A stretch of 64,000 bases of DNA. Source: Alphaproteobacteria bacterium. GTDB lineage: Bacteria > Pseudomonadota > Alphaproteobacteria > Rhodobacterales > Rhodobacteraceae. The stretch's first letter is position 1. Each line of letters starts with the position of its first letter. Position numbers and translations under genes: made by a program. Positions 19,125-27,846 of this stretch are shown here, in pieces. The stretch spans positions 114 to 64,113 of the forward strand of contig JAUIAU010000011.1 in NCBI GenBank assembly GCA_030425185.1, given 5' to 3'. The notes under the pieces are model-generated. The model did not search any database and was not told the DNA's origin. It saw only the letters and a list, made by a program, of their open reading frames with translations.

Positions 19125-20597
19125 CTACAGGAAGGCCGTCTCTTCGAAGCTGCGCAGTTTCCGGGAATGAATGCGTTCCAGCGGCATCTCGCGCAGTGTT
19201 TCCATCGCGCGGATACCGATCAGCAGGTGCCGGGCGACCTGCGTCTTGTAGAACTCGGTGGCCATTCCGGGCAGCTTCAGTTCGCCGTGCAACGGCTTGT
19301 CCGAGACGCACAGCAGCGTGCCGTAGGGCACCCGGAACCGGAATCCGTTGGCCGCGATCGTCGCGCTTTCCATGTCGAGGGCAATCGCCCGGCTCTGGCT
19401 CAGGCGCTGGACGGGGCCGGACTGGTCGCGCAACTCCCAGTTGCGATTGTCGATCGTGGCGACGGTGCCGGTGCGCATGATCTTCTTCAGGTCGTAGCCC
19501 TGAAGCTCGGTCACCGCCTCGACAGCCTCCTCGAGCGCGATCTGGATCTCCGCCAGCGCCGGGATCGGCACCCAGACCGGCAGGTCGTCATCCAGCACGT
19601 GATCCTCGCGAAGGTAGCCATGCGCCAGCACGTAGTCGCCGAGGCTCTGCGAATTCCGCAGGCCGGCGCAGTGCCCCAGCATCAGCCAGGCATGGGGGCG
19701 CAGCACGGCGATGTGGTCGGTCGCCGTCTTGGCGTTCGACGGTCCGACCCCGATGTTGACGAGAGTGATCCCGGCGGAACCCTCGCGCAGCAGGTGATAG
19801 GTCGGCATCTGGGGCAGCTTGGCCGGCGGCGGGATCTCGGCCCGGGGATCGGTGATGATGCCGGTCCCGGGACCGACGAAGCCGGTATAGCCGCTGTCCG
19901 GGGCGGCCAGCGCGGCGCGCGCGAAGGCGATGAACTCGTCGACGTAGAACTGGTAGTTGGTGAACAGGATGTGGTTCTGGAAATGCTCGGCCGCCGTCGC
20001 GGTATAGTGCTGCAGCCGCGCCAGCGAGTAGTCGATGCGCTGCGCGGTAAACGGCGCCAGCGGACCCGAGCCGTCCTCGTGCCGGTAGTCGAACCCGTTG
20101 ACGATCTCGTCATGGGTGGTGGTCAGGTCCGGCACGTCGAAGACATCGCGCAGCGGAAAGTCGAGAACGCCTTCCTGCGGCACCGTCACAGCCGCATCGG
20201 CCGTCATCGCGAAGTGCAGCGGGATCGGCGTGCGGCTCTGCCCGATCTCGACCTCGGTGCCGTGGTTCCGGGTCACGAGGCCGATCTGCTGGGTCAGGTA
20301 GTTCCGGAACAGGTCGGGCCGGGTGACGGTCGTCGAATAGGTGCCGGGCGTCGAGACATGGCCGAAGCTCAGGCGATTGTCGACCGCGGCGAAACTCGTC
20401 GTGGTCAGCCGGATCTCCGGGTAATAGGCCCGGTAGCGCACGTCCGGCCGGGTTCCGCGCGCGATCTCGGCGAAGCTGTCGCGCAGGAAATCCGTGGCCT
20501 CGGAGTAGAGGCGCTGCAACTCGGCCACCGCGGCCGCCGGATCGGAAAAACGTTTAGGTTCGCCAGCAGGGGGCGACTTCATGGCAAGAACGGTCAT
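19125..20597 (-). CDS. amn: AMP nucleosidase
   Basis: ILFTNYQFYVDEF, GVGPSNAKTATDH, GHCAGLR, ALDMESAT, LCVSDKPLHGE motifs. Confidence 0.95.
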   Translation of the reverse strand: MTVLAMKSPPAGEPKRFSDPAAAVAELQRLYSEATDFLRDSFAEIARGTRPDVRYRAYYPEIRLTTTSFAAVDNRLSFGHVSTPGTYSTTVTRPDLFRNYLTQQIGLVTRNHGTEVEIGQSRTPIPLHFAMTADAAVTVPQEGVLDFPLRDVFDVPDLTTTHDEIVNGFDYRHEDGSGPLAPFTAQRIDYSLARLQHYTATAAEHFQNHILFTNYQFYVDEFIAFARAALAAPDSGYTGFVGPGTGIITDPRAEIPPPAKLPQMPTYHLLREGSAGITLVNIGVGPSNAKTATDHIAVLRPHAWLMLGHCAGLRNSQSLGDYVLAHGYLREDHVLDDDLPVWVPIPALAEIQIALEEAVEAVTELQGYDLKKIMRTGTVATIDNRNWELRDQSGPVQRLSQSRAIALDMESATIAANGFRFRVPYGTLLCVSDKPLHGELKLPGMATEFYKTQVARHLLIGIRAMETLREMPLERIHSRKLRSFEETAFL

Positions 20598-20603
20598 GGA
20601 ACC

Positions 20604-22406
20604 TCAGGGTGTCTCGAAAAGATCGGTCAGGGCGAAACGGGTCACGTCCACCAGGCCCAGATCGGAAATGCGAAGCTCGGGGATCACCACGAGCGCGAGC
20701 AGCGAGTGCTGCATGTAGGCGTTGTTCAGCGTGCAGCCACAGGCCCGCATCGCCGCCATCATGGCATCGGCCTTGGCGGCCACCTCGGCGGCGGGACTGT
20801 CGGACATCAGCCCGGCGATCGGCAGTTCGACGAGGGCAATCTCGGCCCCGTCCTTCCAGATCGTGACGCCGCCCCCGACCTCGCCCAGCCGGTTGGCCGC
20901 CGCGGCCATCATCTCGCGGTCGGTGCCCACGACGATCATGTGGTGACTGTCATGCGCCACGGTCGAGGCCATCGCCATCCGGCCCTCGTACCCGAAGCCC
21001 GAGACGAAGCCGTTGACCACGCCACCGGTGCCGCGGTGCCGTTCCACAAGCGCGATCTGCGCGACGCCACCGGTGCCTTCGACGATCCCGTCGGTCACCG
21101 GCAGGTCCGCGGTCAGCGCCTTGGTCGGGGCCTGGTTCTCGACCACGCCGATCACGCGGGCGGTGACCGTGTTGGCCCCCTCCGGTGCGCGGATCTCGAA
21201 GTCGGGTGCCTCCAGCACCTTGCCGAGGTGCACCGTCGCCCGAACGTCCTCGGGCCAGTCGAGATGCGGACAGGGAACCAGTCCGACGCCGTCCCGCGCA
21301 ACGTCGATGCCGCGCGCGATCACCAGCTCGACCGGCAGCGACCGCAGGTCCGACGTCAGGATCATGTCGGCCCGCCGTCCCGGAGCGATCGAGCCAAGCT
21401 CGCGCTCCAGGCCGAAATGCGTTGCAGTGTTCACCGTGGCCATCTGCAGCGCGATCAGCGGATCGCAGCCGCAGTCGATCGCGTGCCGCACGACGCGGTT
21501 CATGTGACCGTCCCGGACCAGCGTGCCGGAATGGCAGTCGTCGGTGCACAGGACCATGTTGCGCGGATCGAGTCCCTTCTCGGTGATCGCGGTGATCTGG
21601 CTCTCCACGTCGTACCAGGCCGAGCCGAGGCGCAGCATCGCGCGCATCCCCTGCCGCACCCGGGCGATGGCGTCCGCCTCGCAGGTGCCCTCATGATCGT
21701 CGGCAGCCCCCCCCGCGACATAGGCATGAAAGGCCGGGCCGAGGTCGGGCGAGGCATAATGTCCGCCGACCGTCTTTCCCGCGCGCTGGGTCGCGGCGAT
21801 CTCGGCCAGCATCTTGGCATCTCCTGCCGCCACGCCGGGGAAGTTCATCATCTCGCCCAGCCCGATGATGCCGGGCCAGGTCATCGCCTCGGCCACGTCC
21901 TCGGGCGTGATCTCCCAGCCGGTGGTCTCCAGTCCCGGGGCGGAGGGCGCGCAGGACGGCATCTGGGTGAAGATGTTGACGGGCTGCAGCAGCGCCTCGT
22001 CATGCATCAGCCGCACACCGCGCAGCCCGAGGACATTGGCGATCTCGTGCGGGTCGGTGAACATCGTCGTGGTGCCGTGCGGCATGACGGCGGCGGCGAA
22101 TTCGGCCGGCGTCAGCATGCCCGACTCGATGTGCATGTGCCCGTCCACGAGACCCGGGATCAGATAGCGCCCGCCGGCGTCGAGCACCTCGGTACCCTCG
22201 CCGATGCAATGCGAGGCATCGGGGCCGACATAGGCGAAGCGGCCGACCTTGACGGCGACGTCCCAGCCATCGAGCACCTCGCGGCTGTGCACGTTGACCA
22301 GCCTGCCGCCCCGGATCACGCGGTCGGCGGGGGAACGCCCGGCGGCCACGGCAATCAGGTCCGCGGCGACATCAGGCCAGCTTGGAAAGGAAATATGGTT
22401 TGACAT
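20604..22406 (-). CDS. ade: Adenine deaminase
   Basis: DGHMHIESGM, DPHEIANV, GEMMNFPGV, DHEGT, CTDD, STVAHDSHH motifs. Confidence 0.95.
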   Translation of the reverse strand: MSNHISFPSWPDVAADLIAVAAGRSPADRVIRGGRLVNVHSREVLDGWDVAVKVGRFAYVGPDASHCIGEGTEVLDAGGRYLIPGLVDGHMHIESGMLTPAEFAAAVMPHGTTTMFTDPHEIANVLGLRGVRLMHDEALLQPVNIFTQMPSCAPSAPGLETTGWEITPEDVAEAMTWPGIIGLGEMMNFPGVAAGDAKMLAEIAATQRAGKTVGGHYASPDLGPAFHAYVAGGAADDHEGTCEADAIARVRQGMRAMLRLGSAWYDVESQITAITEKGLDPRNMVLCTDDCHSGTLVRDGHMNRVVRHAIDCGCDPLIALQMATVNTATHFGLERELGSIAPGRRADMILTSDLRSLPVELVIARGIDVARDGVGLVPCPHLDWPEDVRATVHLGKVLEAPDFEIRAPEGANTVTARVIGVVENQAPTKALTADLPVTDGIVEGTGGVAQIALVERHRGTGGVVNGFVSGFGYEGRMAMASTVAHDSHHMIVVGTDREMMAAAANRLGEVGGGVTIWKDGAEIALVELPIAGLMSDSPAAEVAAKADAMMAAMRACGCTLNNAYMQHSLLALVVIPELRISDLGLVDVTRFALTDLFETP

Positions 22407-22450
22407 AGCCAAGTTTGACACGAGGGTTCGGAAGCTTCAAGCAGGCTCCG

Positions 22451-22468
22451 GTGACAGCGGAGTGACAG
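22451..22468 (-). promoter_or_regulatory. Pho-box-like direct repeat upstream of ade-amn
   Basis: Minus strand CTGTCAC-TCCG-CTGTCAC: two CTGTCAY heptamers with 11-bp periodicity. Confidence 0.45.
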
Positions 22469-22470
22469 GC

Positions 22471-22950
22471 ATGGACTACGAAACCGTCCCGGCCGACGCG
22501 TTCGGGCGCAGCCTGCGGGGGCTGGGCCTCAATCTGCTGGTCCGGGACGTGGCCGAGGAAGTGGCCTTCCTGACCGGCGTTCTCGGCCTGACTGCGCACC
22601 GCGTCAGCCGCGACTTCGCGATCGTCACCGGCGGCGGCGCGCTGGTGCAGATCCACGCCGACGCGACCTACCACGCGAATCCGCTGCTTGGTCTGCTGCC
22701 CGAGACACCGCCGCGCGGCGCCGGGATCGAACTGCGTCTCTACGACATCGATCCCGATAGCGCCGCCGCCCGGGCCGAGGCACAGGGCGCCCCCATCCTG
22801 CAACCTCCATCCTGCAACCTCCGACCGACAAGCCGCACGGGCTGCGCGAGGCCTTCCTGCTGTCGCCCAACGGCTATTGCTGGGTGCCGTCACGGCCCTT
22901 GCCCTGACCGCTTGCGGTCGCGGGCGCGAGTGCCCATCCTGCGGCCATGA
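22471..22950 (+). pseudogene. VOC/glyoxalase-family gene frameshifted by a 14-bp tandem duplication (natural stop would be 22905-22907)
   Basis: N-terminus MDYETVPADAFGRSL...GIELRLYDIDPD is VOC-like. CCATCCTGCAACCT is duplicated at 22793-22820. Removing one copy restores ...ILQPPTDKPHGLREAFLLSPNGYCWVPSRPLP*, the typical VOC C-terminus. Confidence 0.8.
22793..22822 (+). repeat. 14-bp tandem duplication (CCATCCTGCAACCT x2 + CC)
   Basis: Read directly from the sequence. Confidence 0.95.
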
Positions 22951-23789
22951 CCCTGACGCTTCTCTCCTTCGGCCAAGGCTATACCGCCCGCGCGCTGGCG
23001 GCCGCGCTGCCGGACGGCTGGCAGGTGATCGGCACCACCCGCGATCCGGCCAAGGCCGCCGCCGACCCTGTCCTGCGAGTCTGGCCGGGCAGCGACCTCG
23101 CGCCCGAGATCGCCATGGCGACCCATGTGCTGCTGTCCATCGCCCCCGATGCCGCGGGCGATCCGGTGTTCCGGGCACTGGGTCCGGCGCTGGCCGCCGC
23201 GCCGCACCTCGTCTGGGTCGGGTATCTCTCGACAACCGGCGTCTACGGCGACCACGGCGGCGGCTGGGTCGACGAGGACACGCCCCTCTCCCCCGCGACC
23301 CGGCGCGGCGAGATGCGGGTGCTGGCCGAGCGGCAATGGCAGTCGCTCGACCTGCCGCTGCACATCTTCCGGCTGGCGGGCATCTACGGCCCCGGACGCG
23401 GCCCCTTCGCAAAGGTGCGCGCCGGCACCGCGCGACGCATCGTCAAGCCGGGGCAGGTGTTCAGCCGGACCCATGTCGAGGATATCGCGCAAGTGCTTGC
23501 GGCCTCCATCTCGCGCCCCGATCCCGGCGCCGTCTACAATGTCTGCGACGATGACCCGGCCCCCCCGCAGGACGTCATCGCCCATGCCGCCGGGCTGCTG
23601 GGCCTGCCGGTGCCGCCCGCGATCCCGTTCGACCAGGCGGACCTGTCGCCGATGGCCGCCAGCTTCTACGCGGAAAGCAAGCGCGTGCGGAACGACCGGA
23701 TCAAGTCCGACCTCGGCGTGCGCCTGCGCTACCCGACCTACCGCGAGGGCCTCGCTGCCCTCCTGACCGACGAGACGCCCGACACATGA
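22947..23789 (+). CDS. Atypical SDR / NAD-dependent epimerase (YeeZ-like)
   Basis: FGQGYTA, YLSTTGVYGDHGG, FRLAGIYGPGR, SRTHVEDI, YAESKRVRN motifs. Confidence 0.88.
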   Translation: MTLTLLSFGQGYTARALAAALPDGWQVIGTTRDPAKAAADPVLRVWPGSDLAPEIAMATHVLLSIAPDAAGDPVFRALGPALAAAPHLVWVGYLSTTGVYGDHGGGWVDEDTPLSPATRRGEMRVLAERQWQSLDLPLHIFRLAGIYGPGRGPFAKVRAGTARRIVKPGQVFSRTHVEDIAQVLAASISRPDPGAVYNVCDDDPAPPQDVIAHAAGLLGLPVPPAIPFDQADLSPMAASFYAESKRVRNDRIKSDLGVRLRYPTYREGLAALLTDETPDT

Positions 23790-24721
23790 CCTGCGCCCTC
23801 TTCACCCACCCCGCCAGCCTGCGCCACGTCACCCCCGACGGACACCCCGAGCGCATCGCCCGGATCGAGGCGATCGAACGTGCCCTTGCCGATCCGGCCT
23901 TTGCCGGGCTCGACCGGCGGACCTGTCCCGAGGCCGACGATGCCACGCTGCGGCTCTGCCATCCGCAGGCCTACATCGACCGGCTGACAGCCGCGCTGCC
24001 CGCCTCCGGCGCGGTCGCGCTCGACGCCGATACCTGGATGTCGCCGGACAGCCTGACCGCCGCGCGCGCCGCGGTCGGGGGCGCCTGCGCCGCCGTCGAT
24101 GCCGTGCTGTCCGGTGCGGCGCGCACCGCCTTCGTCGCCTGCCGCCCGCCCGGCCACCACGCCGAGACGCAGAAACCGATGGGCTTCTGCCTGTTCGGGA
24201 CCGCCGCCATCGCCGCGAAACACGCCCTTGACCGGCATGGCCTGTCGCGCGTCGCGGTGGTGGATTTCGACGTGCACCACGGCAACGGCACGCAGGACCT
24301 GCTGTGGGACGAGGCGCGCGTGCGCTTCGTGTCGTCGCACCAGATGCCGCTCTGGCCCGGCTCGGGCCATCCGTCCGAGCGCGGCGCCCATGATCAGGTC
24401 TTCAACCTGCCGCTCGATCCCGGCAGCGACGGCCGGATCTTCCGCGAAACCTACGAGGATGCCGTCTTTCCGATGCTGCACGACTTCGCGCCCGAGCTGA
24501 TCGTGATCTCGGCCGGGTTCGACGCCCATGCCGCCGACCCGCTGGCCAATCTCGCGCTCGTCGAGGAGGATTTCGCCTGGGTGACCGGGCGGCTGTGCGA
24601 CATTGCCGAGGGGACGGCGGAGGGTCGCGTGGTCTCGACACTCGAAGGCGGCTATGATCTTGAAGCCCTCGCGGCGTCCGTCGCCGCCCATGTCACCGTT
24701 CTCGAGGAGCGCAGCCGATGA
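23786..24721 (+). CDS. Histone deacetylase family (Zn-dependent deacylase)
   Basis: HPERIARI, RPPGHHA, GFC, DFDVHHGNGT, SAGFDAH, EGGY all intact. Confidence 0.94.
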   Translation: MTCALFTHPASLRHVTPDGHPERIARIEAIERALADPAFAGLDRRTCPEADDATLRLCHPQAYIDRLTAALPASGAVALDADTWMSPDSLTAARAAVGGACAAVDAVLSGAARTAFVACRPPGHHAETQKPMGFCLFGTAAIAAKHALDRHGLSRVAVVDFDVHHGNGTQDLLWDEARVRFVSSHQMPLWPGSGHPSERGAHDQVFNLPLDPGSDGRIFRETYEDAVFPMLHDFAPELIVISAGFDAHAADPLANLALVEEDFAWVTGRLCDIAEGTAEGRVVSTLEGGYDLEALAASVAAHVTVLEERSR

Positions 24722-24957
24722 CCGACACCCCCGTTGCCGAGCTCAGCTTCGAGGCTGCGATGGCCGAACTTGAAAAGGTCGTCGAGCAACTGGAGCGCGG
24801 CGACGTGCCCCTCGATCAGTCCATCGCGCTCTACGAGCGCGGCGCGAAACTCAAGGCGCGCTGCGAAGAGAAGCTGAAGGAAGCGCAGGAGAAGGTCGAA
24901 CAGATCACGCTGTCGTCGGACGGTCAGCCGACCGGAACCAAGCCGCTCGACGCCTGA
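24718..24957 (+). CDS. xseB: Exodeoxyribonuclease VII small subunit
   Basis: SFEAAMAELEKVVEQLERGDVPLDQSIALYERG; precedes ispA-dxs. Confidence 0.95.
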   Translation: MTDTPVAELSFEAAMAELEKVVEQLERGDVPLDQSIALYERGAKLKARCEEKLKEAQEKVEQITLSSDGQPTGTKPLDA

Positions 24958-24971
24958 CCCGGACGACACGG

Positions 24972-25844
24972 ATGGGGTTCGAGACGTCACTCGCCGCCGC
25001 GCAGCAGCAGATCGGCAGCGCCCTGACCAACGCGCTGGCGCGCTTCGGCGCCGAGCCGGTTGCCGAGGGAATGCGCTATTCCACGGGCGGCGGAAAGCGC
25101 CTGCGCGGATACCTTGTGATGGAAAGCGCGGCGCTGTTCGGCGTGCCGTCGGACCGCTCGGTGCAGGCCGCCTGCGCGATCGAGGCGTTGCACGCCTATT
25201 CCCTCGTCCATGACGACCTGCCCGCGATGGACGACGACGACCTCCGGCGCGGTCAGCCTACCGTGCACATCAAGTGGGACGAGGCGACCGCGATCCTTGT
25301 TGGCGACGCGCTGCAGACCTTCGCCTTCGAACTGCTGGCCGAACCCGCGACCCATCCCGATCCGGCCGTGCGCATCGCGCTGGTCGCCAGCCTCGCCCGG
25401 GCCTCCGGCGCGCAGGGCATGGTACTGGGCCAGGCGCTCGACATCGCCGCGGAAAGCGCCGCAACGCCGCTGACGCTGGACGAGATCACCCGCCTGCAGG
25501 CGGGCAAGACCGGCGCCCTGATCGAATGGTCCGCGACGGCAGGTGCGCTGCTCGGGCAGGCCGACCCGGCCCCGCTGGCCGCCTATGCCCGGGCCATCGG
25601 CCTCGCCTTCCAGATCGCCGACGACATCCTCGACGTGACCGGGGACGCCGCCACGGCCGGCAAGCGCCTGCAAAAGGATGCAGAGGCAGGCAAGGCGACC
25701 TTCGTCTCGCTGCTCGGCCTCGACGGGGCGCGCGCCCGTGCCGCGGACCTCGTGGCCGAGGCCGAGGCCGCCCTCGCGCCCTATGGCCGCAAGGGCGATG
25801 ACCTTGCCGCGCTGGCACACTATATCGTCGCCCGCGACGCGTAA
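24972..25844 (+). CDS. ispA: Farnesyl-diphosphate synthase (polyprenyl synthetase)
   Basis: GGKRLR, HDDLPAMDDDDLRRG (FARM), FQIADD (SARM). Confidence 0.95.
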   Translation: MGFETSLAAAQQQIGSALTNALARFGAEPVAEGMRYSTGGGKRLRGYLVMESAALFGVPSDRSVQAACAIEALHAYSLVHDDLPAMDDDDLRRGQPTVHIKWDEATAILVGDALQTFAFELLAEPATHPDPAVRIALVASLARASGAQGMVLGQALDIAAESAATPLTLDEITRLQAGKTGALIEWSATAGALLGQADPAPLAAYARAIGLAFQIADDILDVTGDAATAGKRLQKDAEAGKATFVSLLGLDGARARAADLVAEAEAALAPYGRKGDDLAALAHYIVARDA

Positions 25845-25856
25845 GAGGGTCCCGCC

Positions 25857-27776
25857 ATGTCCGACCGCCCTGCCACCCCCGTTCTGGACCGGGTGAACAC
25901 CCCCGCCGACATGAAGGCGCTCAGCGATGCCGAGCTCGGCCAGCTCGCCCGCGACCTGCGGGCCGAGACGATCAGCGCGGTGTCGGTCACCGGCGGGCAC
26001 CTCGGCGCGGGCCTCGGCGTGGTGGAACTGACCGTCGCGCTGCACGCGGTGTTCGACGCGCCGCGCGACAAGATCATCTGGGACGTGTCCCACCAGTGCT
26101 ACCCGCACAAGATCCTGACCGGGCGCCGCGATCGCATCCGCACCCTGCGCCAGAAGGACGGCCTGTCGGGCTTCACCAAGCGCAGCGAAAGCCCCTATGA
26201 CCCGTTCGGCGCGGCGCATTCCTCGACCTCGATCTCGGCCGCGCTCGGCTTCGCCGTCGCCCGCGACCTCGGCGGCGTCGTGCCGGAAGGGCTGGGCGAC
26301 GCCATCGCGGTGATCGGGGATGGCGCCTTATCCGCCGGGATGGCCTACGAGGCGCTCAACAATGCCGGTCACCTCGGCAAGCGCCTGATCGTCATCCTGA
26401 ACGACAACGAGATGTCGATTGCCCCGCCGGTGGGCGCGATGTCGTCCTACCTGTCGCGGCTCTATGCCGGGGCCCCGTTCCAGGACCTGAAGGCCGCCGC
26501 CAAGAGCGCGGTCAGCTTCCTGCCGCAGCCGTTCCAGGAGGGCGCGAAGCGGGCCAAGGAACTGCTGAAGACGATGACGGTCGGCGGAACGCTGTTCGAG
26601 GAACTGGGCTTTTCCTACGTCGGCCCGATCGACGGCCACGACATGGAGCAGTTGCTCGCGGTCCTGCGCACCGTGAAGGCCCGCGCCGACGGGCCGATCC
26701 TGATCCATGCGATCACCGTCAAGGGCAAGGGCTATGCCGAGCACCGCCCCGACAAGGGCCATGCCACCGGCACGTTCGACGTGGTCACCGGCGAGCAGAA
26801 GAAGACTCCGTCGAACGCCCCGAGCTATACCAAGGTCTTTGCCGAAAGCCTGATCGACGAAGCGGCACGCGACCCCCGCATCGTGGCGATCACCGCCGCC
26901 ATGCCCTCGGGGACCGGCCTCGACCTGTTCGCGAAACGCTTCGCCAGCCGGTGCTTCGATGTGGGGATCGCCGAGCAACATGGCGTGACCTTCGCCGCCG
27001 GTCTGGCTGCGGGCGGACTGCGCCCCTTCGTGGCGATGTACTCGACCTTCCTGCAGCGCGGCTACGACCAGGTCGTTCACGACGTCGCGCTTCAGAACCT
27101 GCCGGTGCGCTTTGCCATCGACCGCGCCGGGCTGGTCGGCTCGGACGGCGCGACCCATGCCGGGTCCTTCGACATCGGCTACATGGCCGCCCTGCCGAAC
27201 ATGGTCGTCATGGCCGCCGCAGACGAGGCCGAACTGAAGCACATGGTCGCCACGGCGGCGGCCCATGACAGCGGCCCCATCGCCTTCCGCTTCCCCCGCG
27301 GCGAAGGCGTCGGCGTCGAGCTGCCCGAGCACGGCACCCCGCTTGAGATCGGCAAGGGCCGGATGGTGCAGGAAGGGTCCGGCGTCGCGATCCTGTCCTT
27401 CGGAACCCGGCTGCAAGAGGTCATGCGGGCCTGCGAGGCGCTGGCCCAGCGCGGGATCACCCCGACCGTCGCAGATGCGCGCTTTGCCAAGCCGCTCGAC
27501 CGCGACCTGGTCCTCGACCTCGCGGCGCGGCACGACGCGCTGCTGACCATCGAGGAAGGCGCGGTCGGCGGGTTCGGCAGCCATGTCGCGCAGCTTCTGG
27601 CCGACGAGGGGGTCTTCGACCGCGGCCTGCGCTTCAGGATGATGACGTTGCCGGATCGCTACATCGATCACGCCAACCCGCGCGACATGTATGACATCGC
27701 GGGCCTGAACGCCGAGGACATCGAGGCCAAGGTGCTCTCCCTCATGGGCGTCGAGGTGCTCGGCAAGCGCGCCTGA
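25857..27776 (+). CDS. dxs: 1-deoxy-D-xylulose-5-phosphate synthase
   Basis: [54 protein letters not shown]. Confidence 0.97.
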   Translation: MSDRPATPVLDRVNTPADMKALSDAELGQLARDLRAETISAVSVTGGHLGAGLGVVELTVALHAVFDAPRDKIIWDVSHQCYPHKILTGRRDRIRTLRQKDGLSGFTKRSESPYDPFGAAHSSTSISAALGFAVARDLGGVVPEGLGDAIAVIGDGALSAGMAYEALNNAGHLGKRLIVILNDNEMSIAPPVGAMSSYLSRLYAGAPFQDLKAAAKSAVSFLPQPFQEGAKRAKELLKTMTVGGTLFEELGFSYVGPIDGHDMEQLLAVLRTVKARADGPILIHAITVKGKGYAEHRPDKGHATGTFDVVTGEQKKTPSNAPSYTKVFAESLIDEAARDPRIVAITAAMPSGTGLDLFAKRFASRCFDVGIAEQHGVTFAAGLAAGGLRPFVAMYSTFLQRGYDQVVHDVALQNLPVRFAIDRAGLVGSDGATHAGSFDIGYMAALPNMVVMAAADEAELKHMVATAAAHDSGPIAFRFPRGEGVGVELPEHGTPLEIGKGRMVQEGSGVAILSFGTRLQEVMRACEALAQRGITPTVADARFAKPLDRDLVLDLAARHDALLTIEEGAVGGFGSHVAQLLADEGVFDRGLRFRMMTLPDRYIDHANPRDMYDIAGLNAEDIEAKVLSLMGVEVLGKRA

Positions 27777-27846
27777 GCCCGGCTCGCTAAAATCCGTCCT
27801 ATGCGCCGCAATCCTGCCGCTTGGACGTCCCCTGCCCAGCGCGGCC

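Noticed and set aside
19095-22403. 1102-aa plus-strand ORF
   Set aside because: Antisense shadow of amn and ade.
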